A DNA stretch of 49,710 bases, from NCBI GenBank assembly GCA_009886115.1, contig VFJJ01000130.1, positions 1 through 49,710 of the forward strand, in the 5' to 3' direction. This DNA is from Actinomycetota bacterium (lineage in GTDB: Bacteria > Actinomycetota > Acidimicrobiia > IMCC26256 > VFJJ01). Positions 16,485 to 26,434 of this stretch are shown in pieces. Positions within the stretch are counted from its first letter, which is position 1. Every line of letters starts with the position of its first letter. A program made the translations under genes and the position numbers. Below the pieces are notes generated by a model. The model did no database searches and was not told the DNA's origin. It saw only the letters and a list, made by a program, of their open reading frames with translations.

Positions 16485-18529
16485 AGAACCGCATGGCCAA
16501 CGGTGCGCTGCCGATGTTCGTCATCGGCGCCCTCTTGATGATGGTGCTGCCCGTCCCGCCGTTCGTCCTCGACATCATGCTGACGCTGAACATCGGCGTG
16601 GCCATCCTCATCCTCATCACCACCATCCTCTTGAAGGACAGCGTCGACTTCTCGATCATGCCGTCGCTGCTCCTGGTGACGACGTTGGTTCGGCTGTCGC
16701 TGTCGGTGGCGGCCACCCGCCTGGTGCTGATCCACGGCCATGCCGGCAAGGTGATCGAGACCTTCGGCCACATCGTGATCGGCGGGTCGGTCGTCGTCGG
16801 CCTCGTCATCTTCTTGATCCTGATCGTCATCCAGGCCGCGGTGATCACCCACGGCGCCGGACGCGTCGCCGAGGTCGCGGCCCGCTTCACGCTCGACGCC
16901 ATGCCCGGCAAGCAGATGGCGATCGACGCCGACCTGACCTCCGGGCTCGTCGACGAAGAGGGCGCCCGCGAGCGGCGGCGGCTCGTCGCCAAGGAAGCCG
17001 ACTTCTACGGGGCGATGGACGGCGCGTCGAAGTTCGTCAAGGGCGACGTGATGGCCGGGATCGTGATCGTGATGGTCAACCTGCTCGGTGGCTTCGCCAT
17101 CGGGGTCGGCCAGAAGGGGATGAGCTTCGGCGAAGCCATCACCACTTACTCCCTGCTGACGATCGGCGAGGGCCTCGTCGCTCAGATCCCGGCGCTGCTG
17201 ATCTCGATCTCGACCGGTCTGCTCGTCACCCGGGTGGGCACCGGTGACGACCTCGGAAGCTCCGTCGGCACCCAGCTGCTCGGCGGGGGCCGCAACATGC
17301 GCATAGCCGGCATCGTCATCGGCATCTTCGCTCTGCTCCCGGGCCTGCCGAAGCTGCCGTTCATCCTCGTGGCCGGGACCATGTTCCTCCTCGGGAGCCG
17401 GCCGATGCCAGATGCGCTCGGGGGCGGTCCCGTCGACGACGTTCCGGCCGTCAAGGTCAATCCCGATACGCCCGAGGCGATCATCGGCGAGATGCGGGTC
17501 GAGCCCCTCGAGCTGCACCTGGCCTATGACATCCTCGATCTGATCGACACGGCTCGAGGTGGGGACCTCCTCGAGCGGGTCCGGGCGTTGCGCCGCCAGA
17601 TCGCCATGGAGCTCGGCGTCGTGATGCCGTTCGTGCGGACTCGCGACGACGTGACCCTGGACCCCACGTCGTATCGCGTGCTCGTGCAGGGCACCGAGAC
17701 CGCGAAGGGGACGGCCCCACGCGACCAGGTGCTCGCGCTGCCGATGGGCGATGGGCGTGACCTGCGCAACCTCGGCGGTACCGACACGATCGAGCCGGTC
17801 TTCGGGCTCACAGCGTTCTGGGTACCGGTCCACAACCGGGCCGCAGCCGCAGCGACCGGCGCCACGGTCGTCGACCGATCGTCGGTGATCGTGACCCACC
17901 TCGCCGAGGTCGTGCGCCGCAACGCCGCCCGGCTGCTGTCGCGCCAGGACGTGCAGATGCTCGTGGAAGGCCTGCGCTACGAGGAGCCCCTCCTGGCCAA
18001 CGAGATCGGCTCGGAGCATCTCCCGCTGAGCACGCTCCACGCCGTGCTGCGCGGGCTCCTCGACGACGCCGTGTGCATTCGCGACCTCGGTCGCATCACC
18101 GAGGCCATCTCGGGCAAGGCCCGCGAGACCCGGTCGGTCGAGACGCTCGTGGCCGCGGCCCGGGTGGCGCTGGCCCCGGCGATCATCGCGGCGCTGGCCC
18201 CCCAGGGGAAGTTGGCCATCATCGTCTTCGATCCGCAGCAGGAGACCCAGCTCCACGAGTCGCTGCGCGAGATCGACGGCGAGGTCCGTCTCGTCCTCGA
18301 GCCCCAGCGGACCAACCACATCCAGCAGGAGATCCAGACCATCGTGGCCACGGGCAACGACGGCGCCAACCCGGTCGCCGTCGTGTGCAGCCAAGCCCTG
18401 CGCAATCCGTTGCACCGGCTGCTCCAGGCCCTGGGCCTCGAGACGAACGTCATCGCCTACCCCGAGCTCCCGAACTCGTTGGAGCTCGTCACGATCGGAG
18501 TGATCGGCCATGCCCGAGTCGAAGTCTGA
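16481..18529 (+). CDS. flhA: Export gate protein FlhA
   Basis: RVAEVAARFTLDAMPGKQMAIDADL, FYGAMDGASKFVKGD. Confidence 0.98.
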   Translation: MKNRMANGALPMFVIGALLMMVLPVPPFVLDIMLTLNIGVAILILITTILLKDSVDFSIMPSLLLVTTLVRLSLSVAATRLVLIHGHAGKVIETFGHIVIGGSVVVGLVIFLILIVIQAAVITHGAGRVAEVAARFTLDAMPGKQMAIDADLTSGLVDEEGARERRRLVAKEADFYGAMDGASKFVKGDVMAGIVIVMVNLLGGFAIGVGQKGMSFGEAITTYSLLTIGEGLVAQIPALLISISTGLLVTRVGTGDDLGSSVGTQLLGGGRNMRIAGIVIGIFALLPGLPKLPFILVAGTMFLLGSRPMPDALGGGPVDDVPAVKVNPDTPEAIIGEMRVEPLELHLAYDILDLIDTARGGDLLERVRALRRQIAMELGVVMPFVRTRDDVTLDPTSYRVLVQGTETAKGTAPRDQVLALPMGDGRDLRNLGGTDTIEPVFGLTAFWVPVHNRAAAAATGATVVDRSSVIVTHLAEVVRRNAARLLSRQDVQMLVEGLRYEEPLLANEIGSEHLPLSTLHAVLRGLLDDAVCIRDLGRITEAISGKARETRSVETLVAAARVALAPAIIAALAPQGKLAIIVFDPQQETQLHESLREIDGEVRLVLEPQRTNHIQQEIQTIVATGNDGANPVAVVCSQALRNPLHRLLQALGLETNVIAYPELPNSLELVTIGVIGHARVEV

Positions 18530-20117
18530 GCTGTACGAACCCACGACGTTCCGGTCCTCGTCGGGCCCATCGGCCGCCTCGGGCGGACGTGCGCCGGTGA
18601 CGCTCGACATCGACGAGGGGATCATCGTGGTCGAAGCGCCGACCGCCGAGCAGGCGCTGGCGCAGGTGGCGGCCCAGCTCGGCGACGACGCCCGCATCGT
18701 CTCGGCCGAGCGAATCCAACGCGGCGGACTGGCCGGGTTCTTCGCCAAGGAGATGGTCCAGATCACGGCCCAGAGCGCATCCAGCGCCGGAGCTGCACCG
18801 TCACCGACGCGCACTCCGCTGGAGTCGCGACGCTCGAACGACCGGGACGATCCCAGCGGGGCACCGGTTGGCGTCGATCGGGTGCTCGATCTGTTGTCGG
18901 ACCGGGTCGACGATCGCGAGCAGGACTTCGGCGCTGCCTTGCGCGAGCACCTCCGGGAGCGACGCGACCGACCAGGCGAGGGTCTCACCGGAGGATCGGG
19001 CGCGATGGCCGGCGCGATGGGCGAGTCCGCGTCGGCACCGTCGCACGCGGCACCGTCGGAGAGCTCGACCTGGCGTCGACCGGTTCCCGTTCCGACGCCG
19101 CGGCAGTCTCTGGACCAGGCGGTCCAAGACCGGGCGGTCCAGGACCACACGGCACCTGGGCGGGGTCGGGCCGATCGACCGATCACGGTCCCAACCCCGC
19201 CCCGGCCGTCGACGTCACCTCGCCGGGCCGCGCCGGCTGCGGTCGAGCACATCCTCCGACAGGCCATCGCCGACCTCCCCGAGATCACGAGCCCCCCTCC
19301 CGAACCCGCAACCCCGCGCCGAAACGGTGCCACCAACGCTGATCGCAGCGGTGATCCCGTGCCTGGTCAGACCCATGTTCGCGCAGAATCGGCGGCAGAA
19401 TCGGCGGCAGAATCGGCCATCGAATCGGCCGCCGAATCGACCGCCGAATCGACACGTCCGACGACCACCGCAACGGCCACCGCAACCACGGCCGCCCCCA
19501 CCACTGCCCCCACGATCACGGCATCGCCACGACGAGGCCGACTCGCCGCCACGTACGACACATTCGTCACGCCGGGTCAGGGAGCGATCGGATGGAGCAC
19601 CGACGCGCTCGTCCACCGGGGCGTTCCCCTCACGATCTGCCGGTCGACCTTCGATCTCGATCCCGACGACGACGCCGGCTGGATCTACGCGATCGCCGGC
19701 GCCGTCAGCCCCTATTGCCGACCGCTCCCTGCCGGGTCCTCGGTCATTGCCGGCCCCCGCCTCGACCGGGTGGCCGAGGCCCTCGACGTGCCGTTGGTGA
19801 GCTACCCCGATGACCCGCCCTACGGGGGCTCGGTGGCGCTGCGGATGCGCACCGAGGACGCTGCGTCACGGTCATGGTTCGATCGTGTCCGGGGTGATCG
19901 CTGGTTGCATGTCGTGGCCGGCGGGCCCTGGAAGGACCTCGTGGCCCAGGAGCCGGCAGTGGTCTCGTGGGTCGGTGACGACGGGCTCATCCGAGCCCTG
20001 CAGCTGTGCGCGACCTACGACGTGGGGCTGGCGTACGGAACCTTGGGCAACCAACTGGTCCGCACCCAGCCGGTCGACGTCGCCATCGCTCTGCGTGGCT
20101 TGATCGACCGTCACTGA
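18510..20117 (+). CDS. FlhF-like protein without recognisable SRP-GTPase motifs
   Basis: FlhF N-terminus EAPTAEQALAQVAAQLGDDARIVSAERIQRGGLAGFF, directly after flhA; no GxxGxGKT or DTAG. Confidence 0.65.
   Translation: MPESKSELYEPTTFRSSSGPSAASGGRAPVTLDIDEGIIVVEAPTAEQALAQVAAQLGDDARIVSAERIQRGGLAGFFAKEMVQITAQSASSAGAAPSPTRTPLESRRSNDRDDPSGAPVGVDRVLDLLSDRVDDREQDFGAALREHLRERRDRPGEGLTGGSGAMAGAMGESASAPSHAAPSESSTWRRPVPVPTPRQSLDQAVQDRAVQDHTAPGRGRADRPITVPTPPRPSTSPRRAAPAAVEHILRQAIADLPEITSPPPEPATPRRNGATNADRSGDPVPGQTHVRAESAAESAAESAIESAAESTAESTRPTTTATATATTAAPTTAPTITASPRRGRLAATYDTFVTPGQGAIGWSTDALVHRGVPLTICRSTFDLDPDDDAGWIYAIAGAVSPYCRPLPAGSSVIAGPRLDRVAEALDVPLVSYPDDPPYGGSVALRMRTEDAASRSWFDRVRGDRWLHVVAGGPWKDLVAQEPAVVSWVGDDGLIRALQLCATYDVGLAYGTLGNQLVRTQPVDVAIALRGLIDRH
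19383..19454 (+). repeat. In-frame 12-bp tandem repeat (AESA) x6
   Basis: GCAGAATCGGCG-like units. Confidence 0.9.
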
Positions 20118-20130
20118 CGAGGAGCCGGCC

Positions 20131-20481
20131 ATGGACCCCGACGAGGCGCAACCGGGACCGATCGACGTCACCGACACGGGGCTCGATCCTCTCGACGCGC
20201 CGACAGGCACGATCGCCGAAGCTGCGAGCCCCGTCCGGTCGGCCACGCTCCCGGGCAGGACGAGCCCGTTGCGCCGGCTGATCGGCGTGCTCGGGCTGCT
20301 GGCCCTCGTACCGACCGCCTGGATGCTGTTCAAGGATCAGATCACCGTGTCGGACGCCGGACAGCGAGCCGCCATCACCTACGTCGCGGTCCGGATCGCC
20401 TTGCGCTTGACCGGTTGGGGGATCGCCAGCGTGGCCCAGTTCCTCGACACGAACGACACCGGTATCCCCAAGCCGCTCTGA
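20131..20481 (+). CDS. Small hypothetical membrane protein
   Basis: GAGGAG RBS, two hydrophobic segments, last gene of the flhB operon. Confidence 0.7.
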   Translation: MDPDEAQPGPIDVTDTGLDPLDAPTGTIAEAASPVRSATLPGRTSPLRRLIGVLGLLALVPTAWMLFKDQITVSDAGQRAAITYVAVRIALRLTGWGIASVAQFLDTNDTGIPKPL

Positions 20482-20599
20482 CGGGTCTCGGCGACGAACA
20501 GCGCGGCCAGCCGGGGGTTCGCGCGTTCATCCCGGAGCGCAAAGTGTCCGGGACCGATCACGGCCCGAGGGGACCGGCCCGAGGGGACCGGCTCCTGCA

Positions 20600-22120
20600 T
20601 CAGCCCGAGCCGAAGAGCTCCAGGGCAGCGCGAACGACCATGGGGTCGAAGCGCACCCCGGCGCCTTCTTGGAGCCTGGCGACGACCTCGCTCATGGTGA
20701 ACGCCTTCCGGGCCGCCGATCCGGTGATCGGGTTGCTCCAGCTGTCGTAGGCGTCAGCCACGGCGATGATGCGAGCCCCGAGGGGGATCTCCTCGCCCGC
20801 GAGCCCATCGGGGAACCCGGTGCCGTCCCAATGCTCGTGATGGGCCCGGATCGCCTTCGACACGTCGGGCCCGGCCGACACCCGCGCGTACCGGTCGCTC
20901 CGAATCGCGTGCTGCTGCCACCGGTCGATCATCTCCGGGTCGCCGTCGGTCGGCGGTTCCATCATCGCGTCATCGGGCAATCCGACCTTCCCGATGTCGT
21001 GCAACAGAGCGGCCAGACGGATCCGCACGAACTCCTGCCCGTCGTAGCCGAGTTGCTTGGCGAGCTCACCGGCATAGTCGGCCACGCGCGAGCTGTGCGA
21101 TCCCGGATACCCGTCGATCTCGTCGACGTGCGCCGCCAGCTTCAGGGCCGCTTCCAGCTCGGTGCTCGAGGCGAGCGATTTCGAGAGCTCGTCCGCCGAG
21201 ACCGTTCCGCCCCCCTCGATACTGCGTGCGGCCTCCAGGGCCCGTTCCGCCAACTCCCTGGCGATGCGAACGTCGGACGCGACCTCGGGGCCGGCGTGGC
21301 CCATGGCCATCCTGAGCGCCTCGCTGTTGACGGGCGAGAAGGTCGCGGTGACCTCGGCCATCTCCCGACCGAGCTCGAGGGCGCCCGCGATCGACAGGTC
21401 GCTGGCGAGGAGCGCGAATCGGGCCTCGTCGATCGTGAACAACTCGGAATTCACCTGCCGCGCCAGGTCGGCGAGCAGCAGCGACATCCGTCGGCGGAGG
21501 AGCCGCAGGGCCTCGCGGTCCATACCCCTGATCGCGGCTTCCATGTTGATGATCTCGAGGAATCCCACACGCGGGAGCACCCGATCCTGGGAGAGCTCGG
21601 CCAGGCGCAGCTCGAAGGCTGACGACCCGGGCAGGTTGGTGATCTCGTCGCGCCCGCGCGCCGAGGCGTCGCCGGCTCGATACCGGTCGACCCGCTTCTC
21701 GTACGAGCTGCTCAGCGAGTCCTCGCTGTCGGGGTACCCGAGGAACGACCTGATGCCCTGCTCGTTGCCCTCACCCACGATGGCTGCGGCGCCGGCCTGC
21801 ATGATCTCGATGGCCACCGCCTCGCCGCCCGCGTGGCAGACCACGACGATCGGGGCGTTCGTGATGGTACGGAGCTCCTCGACGAGGCCGAGCGAACGCC
21901 CTCGTGGCACACGCGTCGAGACGGCGATCAGATCCGCCTGCGCGGCCCGGTGCCCATCGTCTGTGATCTCCACCGGGCAGGCGTCGGTGATGCGCTGCCG
22001 CGAGGCATCCGAGAGCCAGTAGGTCACGATCAGTCCACTGGTGACCTTGGCCGGCGGCGTCGGGGGCTGAGCCGTCGCGACGGCACCACCAGCTTCGGGG
22101 GACTCCGACATGTTGGTCAC
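20600..22120 (-). CDS. HD-GYP phosphodiesterase with pseudo-receiver and degenerate GGDEF domains
   Basis: HSSRVA, LLHDIGK, HHEHWDGTGFPDGLAGEEIP, IIAVADAYD; DEITNLPG marks the GGDEF start. Confidence 0.9.
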   Translation of the reverse strand: MTNMSESPEAGGAVATAQPPTPPAKVTSGLIVTYWLSDASRQRITDACPVEITDDGHRAAQADLIAVSTRVPRGRSLGLVEELRTITNAPIVVVCHAGGEAVAIEIMQAGAAAIVGEGNEQGIRSFLGYPDSEDSLSSSYEKRVDRYRAGDASARGRDEITNLPGSSAFELRLAELSQDRVLPRVGFLEIINMEAAIRGMDREALRLLRRRMSLLLADLARQVNSELFTIDEARFALLASDLSIAGALELGREMAEVTATFSPVNSEALRMAMGHAGPEVASDVRIARELAERALEAARSIEGGGTVSADELSKSLASSTELEAALKLAAHVDEIDGYPGSHSSRVADYAGELAKQLGYDGQEFVRIRLAALLHDIGKVGLPDDAMMEPPTDGDPEMIDRWQQHAIRSDRYARVSAGPDVSKAIRAHHEHWDGTGFPDGLAGEEIPLGARIIAVADAYDSWSNPITGSAARKAFTMSEVVARLQEGAGVRFDPMVVRAALELFGSG

Positions 22121-22129
22121 CGATCCTTG

Positions 22130-23083
22130 TCAGGCCCGAGCGTCGGCACTGCCGCCCGCCCACGGTGCCTGCCCGGTGAGGGCCGCAACGTAGGCCGCGC
22201 GACTGCGCTTACCGGGGGCATCGGTGGCCACGTCGGGAACGCCGTCGTAGATCACCGCGAAGTAGGCTCGCATCGAGTTGACGGCTTCCGAGCGGATCTG
22301 TGAGACCCGGGCCTCGGTGAGATCCATCGACTCGGCGATGCTCTGGAGCAGCTCGCTCTTGAGGTAGTACCGCTCGATCACCTCGCGCTGGATCGGCGGC
22401 AGGTGCACGACGGCCTTCTCGAGTGCTCCCACCATCTCCCGATGGTCGAACGCCTGATCCGGAAGACGGTCGATCGACTGCTCGGGGATACGCTCACCGA
22501 GGGGGATGTCATCGACATCGGGCTGATCGAGATGCAACAGGCTGGCGTTGACCGCGGCAGCTCGGCGCAGACGCAGATCGTCGGGCGTGATGCCCAGCAG
22601 CTTTGCCAGCTCGGCGTCGGCCGGTCGCCGACCATGCTCGCTCTCGAAACGCTCCTCGACGAGCTGGAGCTCTCGGAATCCACGTCGCACACTCCGAGCC
22701 GCCCAGTCGCGTGAGCGGGTGGAGTCGATGATCGCGCCCCGGATACGGATCGAGGCGTACCGCGGGAAGGGGATGCCGGTCTCGGGCCTGTACGCGCGCG
22801 CTGCATCCACCAGCCCGAACGCGCCCGCGCTCCAGAGCTCCTGGCGGTCGACGTGGCGGGGGTACCGCATCGCAACCTGGTTGACCACGTGGGCGACGAG
22901 GTCGAGGTGCGCGGTGGCCAAGGCGTTGGCCGAAAGCCGCTCCTCTTCAGTCAGTGGTCGCTGGACCACATGTCCTCCCCGCTGGCGCCTGCCGATCGGC
23001 AGACCGTCACGACCAACCTCATCGGCCACCGCCCAGGCCGTCTTGAGCACCGGGGCCCGACCGGAAGGCGCGTCTTGGGACAT
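22130..23083 (-). CDS. fliA: FliA/WhiG-family sigma factor (sigma28)
   Basis: YASIRIRGAIIDSTRSRDW, region 4 LTEARVSQIRSEA; start uncertain. Confidence 0.92.
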   Translation of the reverse strand: MSQDAPSGRAPVLKTAWAVADEVGRDGLPIGRRQRGGHVVQRPLTEEERLSANALATAHLDLVAHVVNQVAMRYPRHVDRQELWSAGAFGLVDAARAYRPETGIPFPRYASIRIRGAIIDSTRSRDWAARSVRRGFRELQLVEERFESEHGRRPADAELAKLLGITPDDLRLRRAAAVNASLLHLDQPDVDDIPLGERIPEQSIDRLPDQAFDHREMVGALEKAVVHLPPIQREVIERYYLKSELLQSIAESMDLTEARVSQIRSEAVNSMRAYFAVIYDGVPDVATDAPGKRSRAAYVAALTGQAPWAGGSADARA

Positions 23084-23089
23084 TGGCCG

Positions 23090-23117
23090 CTCAAGTTCTC
23101 CGGGCTTCTGCCGACAG
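23090..23117 (+). promoter_or_regulatory. Sigma28-like promoter of flgN-like gene
   Basis: CTCA-N16-GCCGACAG, 7 nt before ATG 23125. Confidence 0.65.
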
Positions 23118-23124
23118 GAGCCCC

Positions 23125-23652
23125 ATGAAGCATGAGCAGGTGCTGGTGCAGTTGGTGAACGTGCTCGACCAGGAACAGGCTGCGCTGCGCCGCCTCCTCT
23201 ACCGGATGAAGCTGTGCACACTGCACCTGGCCGGTGGAGACGCCCGATTCCTCGCCCGGGCGTCCGACGACCTCAACGAGGCCCAGCAGACGTTGGCCGG
23301 GCTCGAGCTGTCGCGTGCGGTGATCGTGGCCGAAGCCGCGGCCATGCTCGACATCCCCGAGGCCGAATGCACGCTCGCGGTCATGTCGGCCCACGCACCA
23401 TCGCATCTGCAACTCGCGTTCGAGGGGTTCCGCAACAAGTCGATCGGTCTCGTGCGCGAGATCGAGGAGCTGCGCTCGATGAGCGAGCACGTGGCCACCC
23501 GGGCCGTGGCCCTGGTCGTCGATCGCATCGATCGACTCACCATGGCGTCGCTCTCGCTCACCTACGGCGAGACGTACAGCGAGAGATACGGCAGCGAGGC
23601 CTCACCAGGCTCGACCGCCGTATCGAGCGGCCGCTTCGACACCGCGCTCTAG
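23125..23652 (+). CDS. FlgN-family export chaperone (paralog 1)
   Basis: LRRLLYRM...LAGGDARFLARA...LELSRA resembles actinobacterial FlgN and the protein at 39690-40217. Confidence 0.75.
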   Translation: MKHEQVLVQLVNVLDQEQAALRRLLYRMKLCTLHLAGGDARFLARASDDLNEAQQTLAGLELSRAVIVAEAAAMLDIPEAECTLAVMSAHAPSHLQLAFEGFRNKSIGLVREIEELRSMSEHVATRAVALVVDRIDRLTMASLSLTYGETYSERYGSEASPGSTAVSSGRFDTAL

Positions 23653-23686
23653 CGCGGTCGCCGATCGTCCGGTCGGGCGCGCACCG

Positions 23687-25081
23687 TCACCCAGCCGCGG
23701 CGGCGGCTTCGTCGGCGATGGCGAGCACGTCATCGAGGATGGCCACACCGTGGCGGGCCTCGTCGGGCGTGATGACCAGTGGCGGGGCGACGATCACGAC
23801 GTTCCAGTGGATGAACAGCGACAGCCCCTTGGCGAGCGCAGCCTTGGTGAGCGCCCCGACGAGCGCGGCATCGGGACCCGAGGCGTTGAACGGGACGAGC
23901 ATCTCGCGGCTGGCCTTCGACTTCACGAGCTCCACGCCCCAGAAGCATCCGCGGCCGCGCACCTCGCCGACCGACGGATGACGGGCGACGAGGGCGCCGA
24001 GCTCCGGAGCGAAGACCTCGTCGCCGATGCGCCGGGAGTTCTCGACGATGCCCTCCTCACGGAAGGCGTTGATCGACGCGACAGCAGAGGCGCAGGCCAG
24101 GGGATGGCCCGAGTACGTGAGCCCGCCGGGGAACGGACGGTCGCTGAACACCTCGGCGATACGTCGGGAGATGATGAGCGCGCCGAGCGGCACGTACCCC
24201 GAGTTGATGCCCTTGGCACAGGAGATCAGGTCGGGGGTGACGTCCCAGAGCTGATGGGCGAACCAGGCCCCGGCCCGTCCGAAGCCGGCCATGACCTCGT
24301 CGCAGATGAGCAGGATGCCGTGACGGTCGCAGATCGACCGGAGTCCCTGGAGATACCCGTCGGGCGGGACGAGGATCCCGTTGGTTCCCACGATGGGTTC
24401 CACGATGATCGCGGCGACCGTGTGGGCACCTTCGAACATCAGCACTTCCTCGACGTGCGCCAGGGCCCGCTCACACTCCTGCGCGTCGTCGCCGGCGTGG
24501 AACGACGACCGGTACGCGTACGGGCCGTTGAACCTCACGACCCCCGGGATACCCGGCTCCGACGGCCAGCGTCGCGGATCGCCGGTGAGCGTGATCGCCC
24601 CCGCGGTCGCGCCGTGATAGGAGCGGTACGACGCCATGACCTTGTGGCGCCCCGTGTACAGCCGGGCGATACGGATGGCGTTCTCGTTGGCCTCGGCGCC
24701 ACCGTTGGTGAAGAACGCCATGTCGAGATCGCCGCCCGCGATCTCCGACAGCATCCGGGCCAACTCGCCTCGCTTGTCGTTGGCCATCGAGGGCCCGATG
24801 GTGCACAGACGGTCGGCCTGCTCCTTGATCGCCGCCACCATCTTGGGGTGCTGATGGCCGATCGAGACGTTCATGAGCTGCGACGAGAAATCGAGGTAGC
24901 GATTCCCTTCGTAGTCCCAGAACCAGCACCCCAGGGCGCCGGCCACCGGGAGCGGGTTGATCTGGCCCTGCGCCGACCACGAATGGAACACGTGGGCGCG
25001 GTCGTCGGCCCGGATCCGCTCGCCCGCCCGTGGGTCGGCCGCCGTCACGCTCGAACCCATCTCGATCACCATTCGTGTCAC
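23687..25081 (-). CDS. Class III PLP aminotransferase (beta-alanine/omega-amino acid type)
   Basis: HVFHSWSAQ, YLDFSSQL, SYHG, DEVMAGFGR, CAKG, GLTYSGHP. Confidence 0.92.
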   Translation of the reverse strand: MTRMVIEMGSSVTAADPRAGERIRADDRAHVFHSWSAQGQINPLPVAGALGCWFWDYEGNRYLDFSSQLMNVSIGHQHPKMVAAIKEQADRLCTIGPSMANDKRGELARMLSEIAGGDLDMAFFTNGGAEANENAIRIARLYTGRHKVMASYRSYHGATAGAITLTGDPRRWPSEPGIPGVVRFNGPYAYRSSFHAGDDAQECERALAHVEEVLMFEGAHTVAAIIVEPIVGTNGILVPPDGYLQGLRSICDRHGILLICDEVMAGFGRAGAWFAHQLWDVTPDLISCAKGINSGYVPLGALIISRRIAEVFSDRPFPGGLTYSGHPLACASAVASINAFREEGIVENSRRIGDEVFAPELGALVARHPSVGEVRGRGCFWGVELVKSKASREMLVPFNASGPDAALVGALTKAALAKGLSLFIHWNVVIVAPPLVITPDEARHGVAILDDVLAIADEAAAAAG

Positions 25082-25096
25082 CTCGCATCGGAGGAC

Positions 25097-25126
25097 GCGC
25101 GGGAGGGGAGCGATCCCCTCCCGCGC
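25097..25126. terminator. GC-rich hairpin between SBP and aminotransferase genes
   Basis: GCGCGGGAGGGGA-GCGA-TCCCCTCCCGCGC 13-bp stem with no U-tract; possibly an mRNA-stabilising stem. Confidence 0.6.
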
Positions 25127-25137
25127 ACCCGTGGTAC

Positions 25138-26349
25138 CTACTCGCCGCCGGGATTGAGGGTCACGGTCAACGGCGTGAACGCTTCGCCGGTGACGTCGAG
25201 GCCCTCAGCCTTCAACTCCGCGAGCGCCTGCTCGACGTAGATGTTCGTGAACGCCTCGGCGTCGGGGGCCTTGGTGATGACGGTCGTTCCCTCGAGGTTC
25301 TTGGCCTCGAGCGCCACGTTGACCGTCTGGTCCCACAGGGCCTGGTCGATCACCCCGGCTCCGGCCGGTGACGGCCAGATGAGGTTGTTGATCTCGTTCA
25401 TCTGCCACAGCTGATGGCTCAGGCCCAGCGTGGAGCCACGAGCCACGACGATGTCGCGGCAGCTCTCGGGGTTCTCCCGGCAGAACACCCAGCCCTCGAT
25501 CGAGGCCTTGATGAACCGCACGGTGATGTCCTGGTACGCCGGGTCGCTGGCGAGCTTCTCGCTGTTGGCCCAGATGGCGTCCTGGAGCATGGCCGTACCG
25601 ACCGTGTTCCAGTTGATCACCGTGAGGTCCTCAGCCGTGTAGAGCTCGCCCGTTGCCGGGTTCTCGGCCTCGAGCACCTGCGCGTACTCGTTGTAGATCA
25701 TGGCCTGGGCGGCGTCGATGTCGCCCGCGAGCAACGCCTGCATGTCGAACTGCTGACCCACCAGGTTGACGTCGGTCGCGGGATCGAGGCCAGCCAGGGT
25801 GATCCCGGCGAAGAGCTCGAACTCGTTGCCGAAGCCCCAGTTGCCCACGTTCTTGCCCTCGAGATCGGCCGGCTCACTGATGCCGGCGTCGAGGAGCGAC
25901 ACCTGGAGGGTGCCCGAACGCTGGAAGATCTGGGCCACGTCGGTGATAAGCGCGCCTGCTTCGCGAGACGCCAGGGCCTTGGGCACCCACGCGATCGCGA
26001 AGTCGGCGGCCCCGGTCGCCAGCTGGGTCTGGGGCACGATCTCGATCCCACCTTCGAGGATCTCGACGCTGAGGCAGTTGCGCTCGTAGAAGCCCTGGTC
26101 GTCGGCCGCGAAGTACCCGGCGAACTGGGCCTGGGTGACCCACTGCAGCTGCAGCTTCACACTGTCGACCGTGGCACAACCCGCTCCATCAGCTGCCGGC
26201 GTTGCGGTCGTTCCGTCGGCTGCCGGTGCTGTGGTCACACCATCAGCTGCCGGCGTTGCGTCATCGTCGTCGTCGCCACATGCTGTGGCGAGCAACGTCA
26301 AGGCTGCGCCCAACACGACGACGCTCCTCAACCATCTGTGATTGCTCAT
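25138..26349 (-). CDS. ABC substrate-binding lipoprotein (NMT1/THI5-like)
   Basis: Lipobox LLATAC, LQLQWVTQAQFAGY; TPAADG repeats in the linker. Confidence 0.92.
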   Translation of the reverse strand: MSNHRWLRSVVVLGAALTLLATACGDDDDDATPAADGVTTAPAADGTTATPAADGAGCATVDSVKLQLQWVTQAQFAGYFAADDQGFYERNCLSVEILEGGIEIVPQTQLATGAADFAIAWVPKALASREAGALITDVAQIFQRSGTLQVSLLDAGISEPADLEGKNVGNWGFGNEFELFAGITLAGLDPATDVNLVGQQFDMQALLAGDIDAAQAMIYNEYAQVLEAENPATGELYTAEDLTVINWNTVGTAMLQDAIWANSEKLASDPAYQDITVRFIKASIEGWVFCRENPESCRDIVVARGSTLGLSHQLWQMNEINNLIWPSPAGAGVIDQALWDQTVNVALEAKNLEGTTVITKAPDAEAFTNIYVEQALAELKAEGLDVTGEAFTPLTVTLNPGGE

Positions 26350-26434
26350 TGGAACCCCCTCTGGTTCTGTCTGCTTCGGTACAGACACCTTGTTGTTGTA
26401 ACGATCTTGTCGCAACGGCCTCGTCGCAAAGGTC

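Noticed and set aside
16421..19336. 971-aa minus-strand ORF, and similar long antisense ORFs (5404-7113, 7798-9129, 23750-25240, 34243-35769, 40178-41848)
   Set aside because: Shadow or alternative-frame ORFs over well-supported genes, typical of ~70% GC DNA, with no family motifs
23125..23652. RsiG or FlgM anti-sigma factor opposite fliA
   Set aside because: No RsiG ExxxSxxRxxxQxxxD motif seen; the sequence resembles the FlgN paralog instead
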